Below the pieces are notes generated by a model that was not told where the DNA came from, did no database searches, and was given only the letters and a program-made list of their open reading frames with translations. A stretch of 63,840 nt of DNA, the filler included, from Globobulimina sp. (taxonomy: Eukaryota), in NCBI GenBank assembly GCA_003354225.1. It is 24 parts of 24 records of this genome, joined end to end, with 100 filler letters (N's around TTAATTAATTAA, not from the genome) between each part and the next. Parts side by side here need not be neighbours in the genome. Positions count along the whole stretch, not along the records: positions 1 to 2,566 come from PIVH01005946.1; positions 2,667 to 5,232 come from PIVH01005947.1; positions 5,333 to 7,898 come from PIVH01005948.1; positions 7,999 to 10,563 come from PIVH01005949.1; positions 10,664 to 13,228 come from PIVH01005950.1; 19 more parts are not named here. One strand, 5' to 3'. Both the position numbers and the translations under genes were made by a program. Shown here piece after piece: positions 1 through 10,979 of the stretch (position 1 is the stretch's first letter; the number at the start of each line of letters is the position of its first letter).

Positions 1-1907
1 TTTTGAAGTTTTAGAGAAATTGGACTTTTTACGGTTTTGAAGCTTTTTGAGAAATCCAGATATTTACATTTTAACAAATTCAACAAAAAAAAGGGTAGAT
101 GGTATCGAAAATGGTAATATGATAAGGAAAATCCGAGACTTATAATATAACAAATACCGATAATAAACAATATCATGCCATCGAATTTGGGTGATCTAAA
201 TTTACATTTATCACGAAATAACAATGTCGCAGCAAATGTTAAAAATAATATAGCATTCATAAGCCATCCAAACTCACTCAATCTATAATACCATGGAATA
301 TTTCCATTTCCATATTCTATTTCTAAACATTTCCTATATCCAATGTAATATAAAAAGCATGATAAACCAATTAAAAATGTTTGAATTAATAATCTCCATC
401 GAATGCTATCCCAAATATTCCAAATAATATCAAAACACAAAGCAAATGGAATAGCAATACCTAAAAATTGTGACCCAACCACACCAACAGCACACGATGA
501 GGTACAATCATCATCACTCATTAATGTATTAAGCAATGCTGCGATTTGTAAAATACTTGCAAACCAATACACAAATGAGCAGCCATACTGATATTTATCT
601 GTATAAATATAGTAATTGTTCCATTCCATAAATATCATAAATATGGATAACATCAACATGAGTGACGATGCACTTATCTCCAATGCATAATATGTTTTAT
701 TATTCGAGTCATGTCCTAATAAATCACCAAAATAAACCAATCTGTTGATACTCCGAATGAATATAAATAAATTATAAACAATCATTCTCTGTTTTTTATG
801 ATCCACATTGAATGCATTTTTTCTCCTTCGCGTATATGATAATACTGACAATGGCTTAAAATCTTTATGTTCCGGGATAATATCTTGCGATCCTTCGATG
901 AAACGATATCGCGGCGCTTCTTCCGCGATGCTTACTTTTTCACCGACGATCATTTTACGTACATTTAAATCTTTTGCGTGCAATTGATAGGATAAGAAAC
1001 CAGTAAATGCAATCAGTAAAAACCAGCCTTGATAGTAAAACTTCTTCTCATTAAAAAAGAAAATAGTTATATTTACAGATAATATCGAACCGATAATCAT
1101 TGTGAATGATATAAGCATTAATAAGAAGTTATAATATATTTTCAATGTATGTGCAAATTCAATGCACTCCAATATCAATGCGAAAAAATATGAAAACAAT
1201 AATAACCACCAACCAATTTCTCCAATGACGAATAAATTGTTATGGTGCGCTGCTTGCCATTCTTGTCTATAATGTATGATACATATTAAATACATTAATA
1301 TGGAAATGAAAAATATGATATACTGTATTCTTGAACCGGTGTTTTGTGTGTTTCTATAAATTGTATCCCAGCACAACAGCCATGAAATGTAAATGCACAA
1401 AAAACCAGAACTGATAAATGTCATTTTGCAATACCATATTTCTTGCTTTGTTTTGTTTTTACAGATTTCATTCGATTGCTTCCATGTTATACCAATATGA
1501 ATACAAACAGAAGCTAAATATATTAATCCTACCATGTTATGGATAAATTCTACAAATTTGTAAAAGGAAGCAAACAAAACCATTGAAAAGTATGATACAT
1601 ACAATTGATTTGTTCGCGTTGAATTTGGATTGTCATTATAAACATTGTCAATTGCTTCCAGGTAATATATGAGATACAATAATGACCAGATGAATGCAAT
1701 CATATTGTATAATATTAATCGTTGATGTCTATTGAATAGATTTAATGGATATTTAATCTTCTCATTTTTTTTCTTTTTTCTTTGCACTTTCCAGCTCCCA
1801 TAGCGTTGATTAGAGTATTTACTGTGAGATGATATCACTGATAATGCTATAACTGATGGTCCGTCTTCTTGACTTATTTCAATTTCCGGTTTGTTGTATT
1901 GTGCCAT
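1..1907 (-). CDS. Multi-pass membrane protein of unknown function, about 635 aa, 3'-partial (runs off the window edge; absent from the ORF track)
   Basis: ATG at 1907 (MAQYNKPEIEISQEDG). I translated both ends by hand and they are in the same frame, with many hydrophobic helices and no stop at the edge. The middle was not fully translated; its openness is inferred from the lack of a stop-terminated ORF in the track. Confidence 0.75.
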   Translation of the reverse strand, partial: MAQYNKPEIEISQEDGPSVIALSVISSHSKYSNQRYGSWKVQRKKKKNEKIKYPLNLFNRHQRLILYNMIAFIWSLLYLIYYLEAIDNVYNDNPNSTRTNQLYVSYFSMVLFASFYKFVEFIHNMVGLIYLASVCIHIGITWKQSNEICKNKTKQEIWYCKMTFISSGFLCIYISWLLCWDTIYRNTQNTGSRIQYIIFFISILMYLICIIHYRQEWQAAHHNNLFVIGEIGWWLLLFSYFFALILECIEFAHTLKIYYNFLLMLISFTMIIGSILSVNITIFFFNEKKFYYQGWFLLIAFTGFLSYQLHAKDLNVRKMIVGEKVSIAEEAPRYRFIEGSQDIIPEHKDFKPLSVLSYTRRRKNAFNVDHKKQRMIVYNLFIFIRSINRLVYFGDLLGHDSNNKTYYALEISASSLMLMLSIFMIFMEWNNYYIYTDKYQYGCSFVYWFASILQIAALLNTLMSDDDCTSSCAVGVVGSQFLGIAIPFALCFDIIWNIWDSIRWRLLIQTFLIGLSCFLYYIGYRKCLEIEYGNGNIPWYYRLSEFGWLMNAILFLTFAATLLFRDKCKFRSPKFDGMILFIIGICYIISLGFSLSYYHFRYHLPFFLLNLLKCKYLDFSKSFKTVKSPISLKLQ

Positions 1908-2183
1908 GCTTTAGACACTACTGTAAGCTTTGGAAAAAAATCTTTGAACTGAACTCCGTCAGTTGAACGATGACTAGCTCACTGATGACCACAAATTGAA
2001 GGAAAAAATGATTTGGATTTGGATGAATATGATGATGATGATGAGCTAGTGCATGCCCATCATCATAATTATACGCTGTTTATTTTTTTATTCTTAGAAA
2101 CGAATAAATTTTTGTGTGCAAGGAGAGATATCTGACAGTTAACTGGCAGATCGACAAAAAGTATTTTTGAGCAGTCAGTATAT

Positions 2184-2566
2184 TTATGTAGCTGATAGTA
2201 ATTCAATTGAAGAATCTTTGTAATAAATACTGACTGCTGCTCTATATTTGCTTTTTTTTATATTAAATGCCTTTCCATAATCTTTATTATTGATATTAAA
2301 TGATAATAATAAAGCATAAAAATCAATATTCATTGTAATAATATCACCTTCGACGAGGGAGATGCCATAATTTGGACCTTCTCCGTCTTGTTCATGTTGC
2401 CGTAAATGTGCATTGATACCCCAAGAACAAAATGCATATGCTCTGTTTCCTATTGCACTCAACCACTTATTTAATATTGCTTTAGGATCATAACTATTAT
2501 TCCAAATACCAAACGTAACCTGATTATCCCCACTATATTTTTTAATTTTAAACGACCATTCATATT
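2184..2566 (-). CDS. SPRY/B30.2-like domain protein, 5'-partial
   Basis: Frame is open to the contig edge: YEWSFKIKK...FGIW...GDIITMNIDF...LSFNINNKDYGKAFNIKKSKYRAAVSIY, a typical SPRY pattern. Confidence 0.7.
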
Positions 2567-2666
2567 NNNNNNNNNNNNNNNNNNNNNNNNNNNNNNNNNN
2601 NNNNNNNNNNTTAATTAATTAANNNNNNNNNNNNNNNNNNNNNNNNNNNNNNNNNNNNNNNNNNNN
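2567..2666. other. Artificial contig spacer N44-TTAATTAATTAA-N44 (first of 23; recurs about every 2663-2666 nt, last at 61178-61277)
   Basis: Identical six-frame-stop 12-mer flanked by 44 N on each side. Intervening segments shrink steadily from 2566 to 2563 bp. Confidence 0.99.
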
Positions 2667-2908
2667 TTAATTAAAATTTCATCCAACAACAAAAAAACTA
2701 AAACAGCCAAAAAAGTCCATAAAATAAATAACAATCTCCCAGAGAGCTCCTTAATTAATTTAATACTTGAAAGCGAAAAAAAAAAAATAGTGAAAAAATA
2801 TGTAATGAAAAACGAAAACAATTTGACACATTAATGAAAACAAATTATAGTAAACAATAATTATCCGATAATACAATTTGTATATAATAGCAATAAAAAT
2901 AAATCAAT

Positions 2909-5232
2909 TCAATTACGACAAAAAAGTTTAATTTGATATCCTGTGTTTCCTATATTTTTGTGTGTAACTTTCCATCCTTTTTGTTGCAGTCTGAATAACA
3001 AACTTTTGTTCAATGTTTCTGGATCTTGGAATATTTGAGAGTTGATTGGATAATGCATAGATTCCACTGTCTCGTAGTCATAATACAAAAGTTTGATTTT
3101 GTTTAACTTGCATTGAGGATATTGATATTGGTCGAGATATGCTATTAATTTAAGCAAAGCAGTATCATCCAATAAATAAGTATTTAGAAAGTGCACTTCT
3201 TGCACATTTGGGAAGATTCTAATAATTTTGCTGAAGGATATTATATATTTTTCTTTCTTGCGAATGTCAAAGCCATTAAAATCCAGAAAATACGGTTTCA
3301 AATTCGCAGAGATCGCATCAATTTTAACCACCTGCTTTGAATTTGGAAATCTCCGAAAATTATCAAATTTCTTCCACAAAATATTCAATATTTGATGTTG
3401 CCTCTTCTCATCATTTTTTTTCTGGTTTCTGCCTCTTTTGAGAGCAACAACGTCTTCTAACTGTCGAATAAAATGCGTCCGCTGAATATGGCCATGATCC
3501 ACATTTTCTTGCTCCTCTTTAAAATGGCAGTGCAAATATAAAAAAGCAGTCAAATAATACTCGGAATGCACAGACATCGAAAAGATTTGTTGTCGAAATA
3601 AATGAATTGCGAAAAATATAGATCTGGTTTGCGAGGACAGCGGAATTGGATAATAGTTATTTTTATCGTCAATGTCCTCGAAATGTTTCCAATTTTTGTT
3701 CAACGGCCTGGTCAATACCTTGATAATGCGTAAATAAATGAAGCCAATTAACCATTCCTTCTCCTCCGGATAGTCTGAGATCAGCGAGGCATCGAAGGCT
3801 CGGCACATATTCAAGCGCGGATATTGTGTGCCAACCTGCAAAACCATGCCCTTCGCGGTGGCAAAAGTACGGGCCACGTGGTACGAGGCAGAGCTAGATA
3901 GCGGACCATAGAAAGTCAAATTGTGTCGGCTCGGCTTATTTAATATCATTTTAGCATTCACGCCATGGTATAATGGGATTCTTTCATCCAATTTCTTGCC
4001 ATATTTGTTCAAAACGGTCAGTAATTTGATTCGCCACCAATAGAAGGCACACAATCTTTGTTCCAATTTGAGTCTTTTGTCCTTTTCTTGCGAATCGTAC
4101 TGATTTTGCACAGCTGCTTCTTTGCTGCGGTTTGGATCAAAGTCCATTAATGTGAATATGTTGGATAACGTATCAAATCTGAAGCATTTCTTTAATTCAT
4201 ATTGCAATTTATCAAAATCTGTGTACAATTTCAAAGTGACGATCTCTTTCATATCGATATCAACGCCGCGCCTCCACTCCTCGTAGGTACCGCTGATTTT
4301 GTCGTCGTACGTGCCGGGATACAATGTTTTAATTCGATGTCTAGCAAAAGAGTTGAAAAAAACCGTGGATTTCCTCAGCGTTTGGTTCCATTTATCTGTC
4401 GACAGACTGTAGTATGGATTATGTAACGCCTCTTCTTTCACAGTTTGATATTTTGCTTTTAGATGCATCAAACCCGAATGCTGCTCATTGTTGAAACCAT
4501 GCGGTTGCTGCCAACGGAATATATTCATATTTGCAATTAACTGCCGATAAACGTCTTCATCTCCTTTCTCATCCATGTCGTCATCAAATTCGATCTCATT
4601 TTCTTTCGATTCATTGATTTTTAAGTTCCACCAACGTTCATCCTCCTTTTTGCCAACGTATGTTTTTGTTTTCTTTGGTGTGGCCGATGCTGACTCATCC
4701 AATGAGGCTGAGCTCGGACTTAATCGTTCTATATTTTCCTCTTCGTACACAAAATGGATCAGAAATGAATGGATTTTATCGCACGTTTCCTGGAATACTC
4801 TATCTTCGAAATCCATCGATTTTGGATAAATAAATGCTTCCCTCCGACCACGATTATTCCTATGACAGCTCTCAGTGTTGGCGCATTCGAACTCGTTCTT
4901 AAATTTTCTGTGTAATTCCGGCTCCGAATCAGTATTATTATTCTCGTCAATATGCAGCTGAATATGCATAAAGTCGTCGTTTATTTGAGTTAAACCATAA
5001 ATATTGTCAAAGATTAAGACCTCGGACAATGAGATTTTTTTCCATAATTTACTGCAACTCATTACTTTCTTATACGCCATCAATACAATTTTTAGTCTTT
5101 TTATCGACTCACAATTTGTATAAACATCACAGTTTGCTTCGGTTGCCACGCAATTCGAGACTTCCGTCAATAAATCATTCGCAGTCTTAAAATCTTGCTG
5201 TAAATGGCGGGCGATTTCATATTCCTTTCCAT
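2909..5232 (-). CDS. Large protein with an ADP-ribosyltransferase-like domain, 5'-partial
   Basis: More than 753 aa, open to the contig edge. Ordered motifs KLYTD ... LYHG ... GPLSSS-x4-VA-x2-F ... GMVLQV ... LISDYPEEKEWL parallel the R-S-ExE ART layout. Confidence 0.6.
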
Positions 5233-5419
5233 NNNNNNNNNNNNNNNNNNNNNNNNNNNNNNNNNNNNNNNNNNNNTTAATTAATTAANNNNNNNNNNNN
5301 NNNNNNNNNNNNNNNNNNNNNNNNNNNNNNNNAGTATGTTCTATGCATATATTGTTCATTATGCACTGCTAACTATGCGATAATAAAAATGATTAGTTGG
5401 CCAATTACTATCTCCATTT

Positions 5420-6124
5420 TTGAATTATTATTATTTATTGTCGCAATGGTTTGTGTTCACATGTTGTGTCCTCTCGATTGTGTCTCGTGTCTTTTATTAC
5501 CGCGCCTTATATGCCACCATCATAATGTACCTTATTAACACGGTCCAAACCAATGGAAAGCCGCAATTGAATATGTATTATGCACAGCGTGTGATGCAGG
5601 ACGAGAACATTATGATTGCCATTTATGCGTTGATATTTTTAATGGGAAACCCATTGATTGTTTTTTTGATTCCTATTCTATTACGTTCGTTGTTTATGGG
5701 CACCTACTTATTGAATGGATTGTTGTCGGTGAAAATGCCTTCGTTGTATCACAAAACAAGGCCAATGTTCCAAAAAGTGCTTACAAAACGAGGCTGGTTT
5801 AATGAGAAAATCGCACTCTCGGAGGTATTGATGGGCTTTTTTTTAATCGGCGCATGTTTCTTTTTGAGCAAAACGGTGATTTTGACGTTTATATATTGGC
5901 AAATTATGCATGCTCGGTACATGATGTCGAGGATGATTCAATATGCGTTCACCATCATTCATGCGAAAATACAATCCATCTTATCGAGAATACCATTTTT
6001 ATTGAATTTATATTTAAAATTAGCGAAATTTCTATGGAATATGGTGGATCCACAAAAAGTTCAACAACAAATGCAGGACAGAGGCAATGCCAGTGGTCTC
6101 TCGAAATATTGCATCATTATGTAA
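5420..6124 (+). CDS. TMEM33/Pom33 family ER/nuclear-pore membrane protein (true start uncertain)
   Basis: Hydrophobic protein with MQDEN..IYALIFL, EVLMGFFL and FIYWQIMHARY..SRMIQYAF, matching the family pattern. Confidence 0.7.
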   Translation: MNYYYLLSQWFVFTCCVLSIVSRVFYYRALYATIIMYLINTVQTNGKPQLNMYYAQRVMQDENIMIAIYALIFLMGNPLIVFLIPILLRSLFMGTYLLNGLLSVKMPSLYHKTRPMFQKVLTKRGWFNEKIALSEVLMGFFLIGACFFLSKTVILTFIYWQIMHARYMMSRMIQYAFTIIHAKIQSILSRIPFLLNLYLKLAKFLWNMVDPQKVQQQMQDRGNASGLSKYCIIM

Positions 6125-6595
6125 TATTCATTCAATATGACATCTTTTTTTAAATAATTTCCTTTTTTTTTTGCGGTTATTTTATAGCTTTTTCATTATT
6201 TGATGGGAATTCTTGTATCCTTGCACAGAAGTTTTTTTTTAACAACAATTGCTGTCAATAATTTCTTGCAAATTCTACTGTATCAATAATACCAAAGACC
6301 TGAATCTATGTAATCAAGACAATATTCGAATATCTGGTGGTGTGGTTATATATCTGAATATATCGTTAAACGTTTTCACGATTCGTACTGATATCCTTGC
6401 ACAAAAAAAAACAAATATCAAGAGGTGAGCGATCGAATGAAATAATTTCAAAATAAAAAATGCACGTATAAAATATACAAAAAAGAAAGAATAATTTATT
6501 CACAGAAATGATGCATACGTATGATCCATATATTACACATACAATATACAATAATGTATGTGATTTTAATCATGTGCATCATGCGAATACATTAA

Positions 6596-6814
6596 TTATT
6601 TATTGACTTTGCCACACGAGGTGCAGATCGAAACACCATTTTGATATTCAAAACTATGTCCATTTTGTTGCCACGTGTAACACGTTCTGTTTTTCACTAC
6701 CACATCTCCACCGGATGATACTTTCACTTCGTAATTTTTATCAACTACATATTTAACTGATTTCCAACTAAGAGCACCGTGACTTTTTGCAATTTGTAAT
6801 TTGTTATTACTCAT
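6596..6814 (-). CDS. Small 72-aa protein with a putative C-x7-H-x10-CxxC zinc-binding C-terminus
   Basis: Complete ATG-to-TAA ORF ending CYTWQQNGHSFEYQNGVSICTSCGKVNK. Confidence 0.5.
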   Translation of the reverse strand: MSNNKLQIAKSHGALSWKSVKYVVDKNYEVKVSSGGDVVVKNRTCYTWQQNGHSFEYQNGVSICTSCGKVNK

Positions 6815-7104
6815 AATGACGTATATTATTGTACCCGTTCAGTTACAGAAGTGGAAAGAATGCAAAAGTTTGAAAAGAAAAGTTTTGAAAGAAGACAAAC
6901 CAACTACATTTGATTTGGCGGCTGACTTATTCAAAGACTACACAAAAACAAAAGCATTTTTTTTTGTGCAAGATTTTTAGAACCAGTAAATATATTTCAT
7001 CTTTGATTTCATTGAATCAACATTTTATTGAACAGTCAAATGATAATAACATGGCTAAACAACAGTCATTTATTATTACACAATAAATCAATTGAGTCAC
7101 TCCA

Positions 7105-7898
7105 TTAATTAAACCTTTGCTGTCTGTTTCTGCCTCGCCCAGTCCTCCTCGCGGCAATGAGCCCGACCTTCCTTCCCGCCGTTCGATACCGGCCCACTGT
7201 GGTCGGCTTACCAACATGTTGATGATTACCACCACCATGCGGATGCTCCACCGGATTCATACAAACGCCCGACACTTTCGGCCAACAATTCCTTTTCACT
7301 TTATATTTGTGATAAGCACGTCCAGCTTTTAACATAGGTTTTTCTGGCCGGCCTCCACCGGCCACCACGCCTACCATAGCACGACAAGTGCCTCGCACAA
7401 CCTTCTTCTGCCCCGACGGCAACCGGATCACTGTCTTGCCACTCAACGTCTGTGCCACAATGGCCCGCACGGCCCCCGAGGCACGGATATATTTGCCACC
7501 ATCGCCGGGGATGGACTCCATATTACATATCAATGTACCTATCATATGTATGGCAAATCTGTTGCAGTGGCAGTGCAAGGATCATTTGATAGACTCAATG
7601 GTCATACCTTCAGGCATTTGGCCAACGGGAAGGATGTTGCCCACATACAATGGCGCAGTCTTACCACAGTACATATATTGACCGGTATAGACACCTTCTG
7701 CTGCGGCGATGGTTATTTTCTGGCGAGCGTACCTTTATAAATGTTTTTGTGTTTTTTTTGTGTAATCAGCATTTTTGTTTTATTATTATTTTGTTGTTGT
7801 TTTGAGATATGTGTTTTGGTAGTACTTGATAGGATTTTTGAATTCGATGATAGCGAGCGGTGCGCCGCGACCAGGATCATGCACAATTTTGCGTATTA
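7105..7898 (-). CDS. RPL8: 60S ribosomal protein L8 (uL2), 5'-partial, introns at 7733-7825 and 7539-7607
   Basis: [12 protein letters not shown] ... AEGVYTGQ ... [17 protein letters not shown] ... YIRASG ... [15 protein letters not shown]. Two GT-AG introns restore the frame. Confidence 0.97.
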
Positions 7899-7998
7899 NN
7901 NNNNNNNNNNNNNNNNNNNNNNNNNNNNNNNNNNNNNNNNNNTTAATTAATTAANNNNNNNNNNNNNNNNNNNNNNNNNNNNNNNNNNNNNNNNNNNN

Positions 7999-8884
7999 CA
8001 AAACAGTTAATCAAAATATTAAATTCATTTTCTGAGTCTAAATCTTTTTTGCTCAATACTGACAATACATAGGTTTCAGAGATAATATTCAAATAATCAC
8101 AGCGTGCTTTGTCAAATCGAACAATACTTTGGTTATTTTCAAACGAGACTTGCTTTATTTTATTATTGTAATTTCTAAATTCACCATTTTCAGAATGCGA
8201 ACAAAATCTAAACGATGATGCAATATATGATACAATCACATGTAATATGTCATCAATGTACAAATGTTGAAAGTGATAATATTGCATTACATAAAATTTT
8301 AAAACATTAAAGTAATTTTGGTTGAAGCTTTGGTTTGGAGAGTATGTAAATGTTGCAATGAGAAAAAATAAATCCTGTTTACTTTGCAATTCAAACTCAG
8401 TGGGACCACTCTCATCGAACTCAAACAATTCAGTGTCTGAACGCTGAGATCTTAAAAATAATAAACGTCGAATCAATTGCAATTCATCACTCTCATCGGA
8501 GTCGGACGGATCGGACGCAAACAATTCCTCCAAATATTCGTCATCATCATAATCATAATATTCATCATCGTCTTCTTCATCTTCGTTTTCTGTTTCTGTT
8601 TCCATTTCCTTTTCTTCTTCTTCTTCTGCTCCTTCTTCATACTCTGTGATATCCCCATCATGACCATATCCAAAATCAATATAAGATGTTGCTTCCGTTA
8701 ATATTGAGCACAGAGAGAAAATATCAGGCAAAATAATAGGTTTTTCAACAGACGACATTATTAAACACCGAGCTGCTTGTCTTGTTGGTGGGCGGTTTAA
8801 GCAAATAATATGACAACAATTAACATGATGATGTATGGAAAGTAGAAGAAACTTTATAAAAAAGCAGGTTCTGCGATGAAACAA
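7999..8884 (-). CDS. Hypothetical protein with a long acidic (E/D) tract, 3'-partial
   Basis: Long ORF with EEGAEEEEEKEMETETENEDEEDDDEYY; probable start is MSSVEK. Confidence 0.6.
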
Positions 8885-8993
8885 TCAAAACAAAAAAACA
8901 AAACTAATCAATACAGAACAAGCCAACACAAACAGCAACAACAACGCATAAAATAAAACTGGATTAAACAAAAACATTGCATTATAAACATTA

Positions 8994-10563
8994 TCATGTT
9001 GAGACTAAAGGAGATAACTGAGAACTGATATCATTACCATTCTTAGCACCAACATCAACATCATCCTCAAATTCCTCATCCTCATCCTCATCCTCATCGA
9101 CCTCACCTCCATCCGGCTCATTGTTCTTTTTTTCTTCTTCGAAATTCAAGGTAATCGCCATTCGTCTATGCATGCTCATACTAATATTAATATCACTGAA
9201 TCTGCGTCCACCACTGCCCACAGACCCATGATTTGCCAATTTTAAGCTAGACGGTACCTTTTTGTTGAATGATTTTGGCCGATTAAAACCGGGATAATTA
9301 TATAGCGAATTATGTGTATGGTGATTATAATAACTGTCCCTTTTATTCATCAGTGATTCCCGTCTGGCTTTATTTATAATCTCTTGCTTATGCGACAACT
9401 CATCATTCAATGTCTTCATATTCACGTTTAGTTTGCGATTAATTTTCTGCTGTCTCTGCAAGTTATTATTCAACGAATGCATCGACGACAAGGAGCTGAA
9501 CACAGTCAACAACAAATTATCCCTAATCCTATCCGCTTTGCGCAATTCAACCTGCGATGTCACGTCCAATATCGACGAGGAATGCGACGAACAGATGGTC
9601 AGCAACACAGTCGCCGATTGTTTCGTATTTAGCTCATTTTTGAACAGCTCCGATAACAATTTATCCTTTTTACTTTTCGATTTGATATTGATGCCCCACG
9701 AAGTATACAAACTCTCTCGTATATTTTGCTGTAATTCCTCCTTCAACAACCTCCGCAATTCTTGTTTTTCAGTCTCAAATCGCAACTTTGCCTCAGTTTT
9801 CGCGTTTGGCGAAGTATTCAATCGATGCAATAAATTCCGCAAACGCACCAATTCTTCGTTATGTATCGCTAAATTAAGATACGATGCGCGTTCGTATACG
9901 ATCCAAAACTTTGCGCGATACATAAAGGCACTGTAGGTTTTCTGCCATAATTCCAATATCTCCCGCCGTATCTTCGTCAATTGCGTATTTAATACCTTTC
10001 CCTGTTGCCGCCGCAACAATGTCCCCCGTAACACCGCCTGGCAACGCGAGACCGACGAGATTGTGCCGATGTGTTTGCTCCGGGCATTGGCCGTCGATAT
10101 GTACGTCTGACAGAGCAATATCGCGGATAATTTCTGCCGGCTTTCCTTGCATAATAAATAAGTCCTAAACGCGCACTGTAAATTGATGCTGTTCGTATAT
10201 AATTTCTTAAACTGTTTGTTATGCAAATAACCCCTAAACACCGCTTGCAAAGTGGTTGTGGATTGGTAATAGATCTTATGTCTACGCGATTGGACCATAA
10301 AATATGTCTGGAACACGGATTGCAAAGTAACAGCATCGCGTTTTAATGTATTAAACCGTTTGAATGCAGCCCGCGTCTCATTGTATAACCTTATATTACG
10401 CTGTATAGATACTATGTTTTCGCGTAGCTTAAAAAACTTATTCCTCTCTATAATCATACGGATATACCGCTGCGCGATCAAGGTCTGCACAGTGAAATTA
10501 TCCCACGATTGAGCTTTGTTTATATGCGCCGTATGCTGCATCGCCATTAACTGCTGTAATGCG
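8994..10563 (-). CDS. Tandem IQ-motif (myosin neck-like) protein with a NACK/DUF3490-like domain and coiled-coil tail, 5'-partial
   Basis: Six to seven IQ-like motifs (IQRNIR, LQSVFQ, LQAVFRGY, LQCAFRTY, CQAVLRG), then ILELWQ..MYRAKF..ELVRL..RESLYTSWGINIKSK. Confidence 0.75.
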
Positions 10564-10979
10564 NNNNNNNNNNNNNNNNNNNNNNNNNNNNNNNNNNNNN
10601 NNNNNNNTTAATTAATTAANNNNNNNNNNNNNNNNNNNNNNNNNNNNNNNNNNNNNNNNNNNNTTTCCTTTAGGCTAACTTGCAAGACTCACTCGACAAA
10701 ACAACATTACGCTAACTCGGACATAACTCGGGCGAGTCGCTCGCATATGCTGTATGATTTTTTGTGGTGATTATAGTTGTCATATGTATATATATGATCA
10801 AAATTTCTATGTACGGATATATGTAGTAATATGTACGGAATATGATCATCAAAATTGATATGTACAGATATATGTAGTCATACCATGAGGTAATACAAAA
10901 AAATAAGTAAAAATTTACTTCAACATTTTTTGTTGAATCATTTTTTGTCGTATCGAATAATATTCCTCCGTACACCTGA

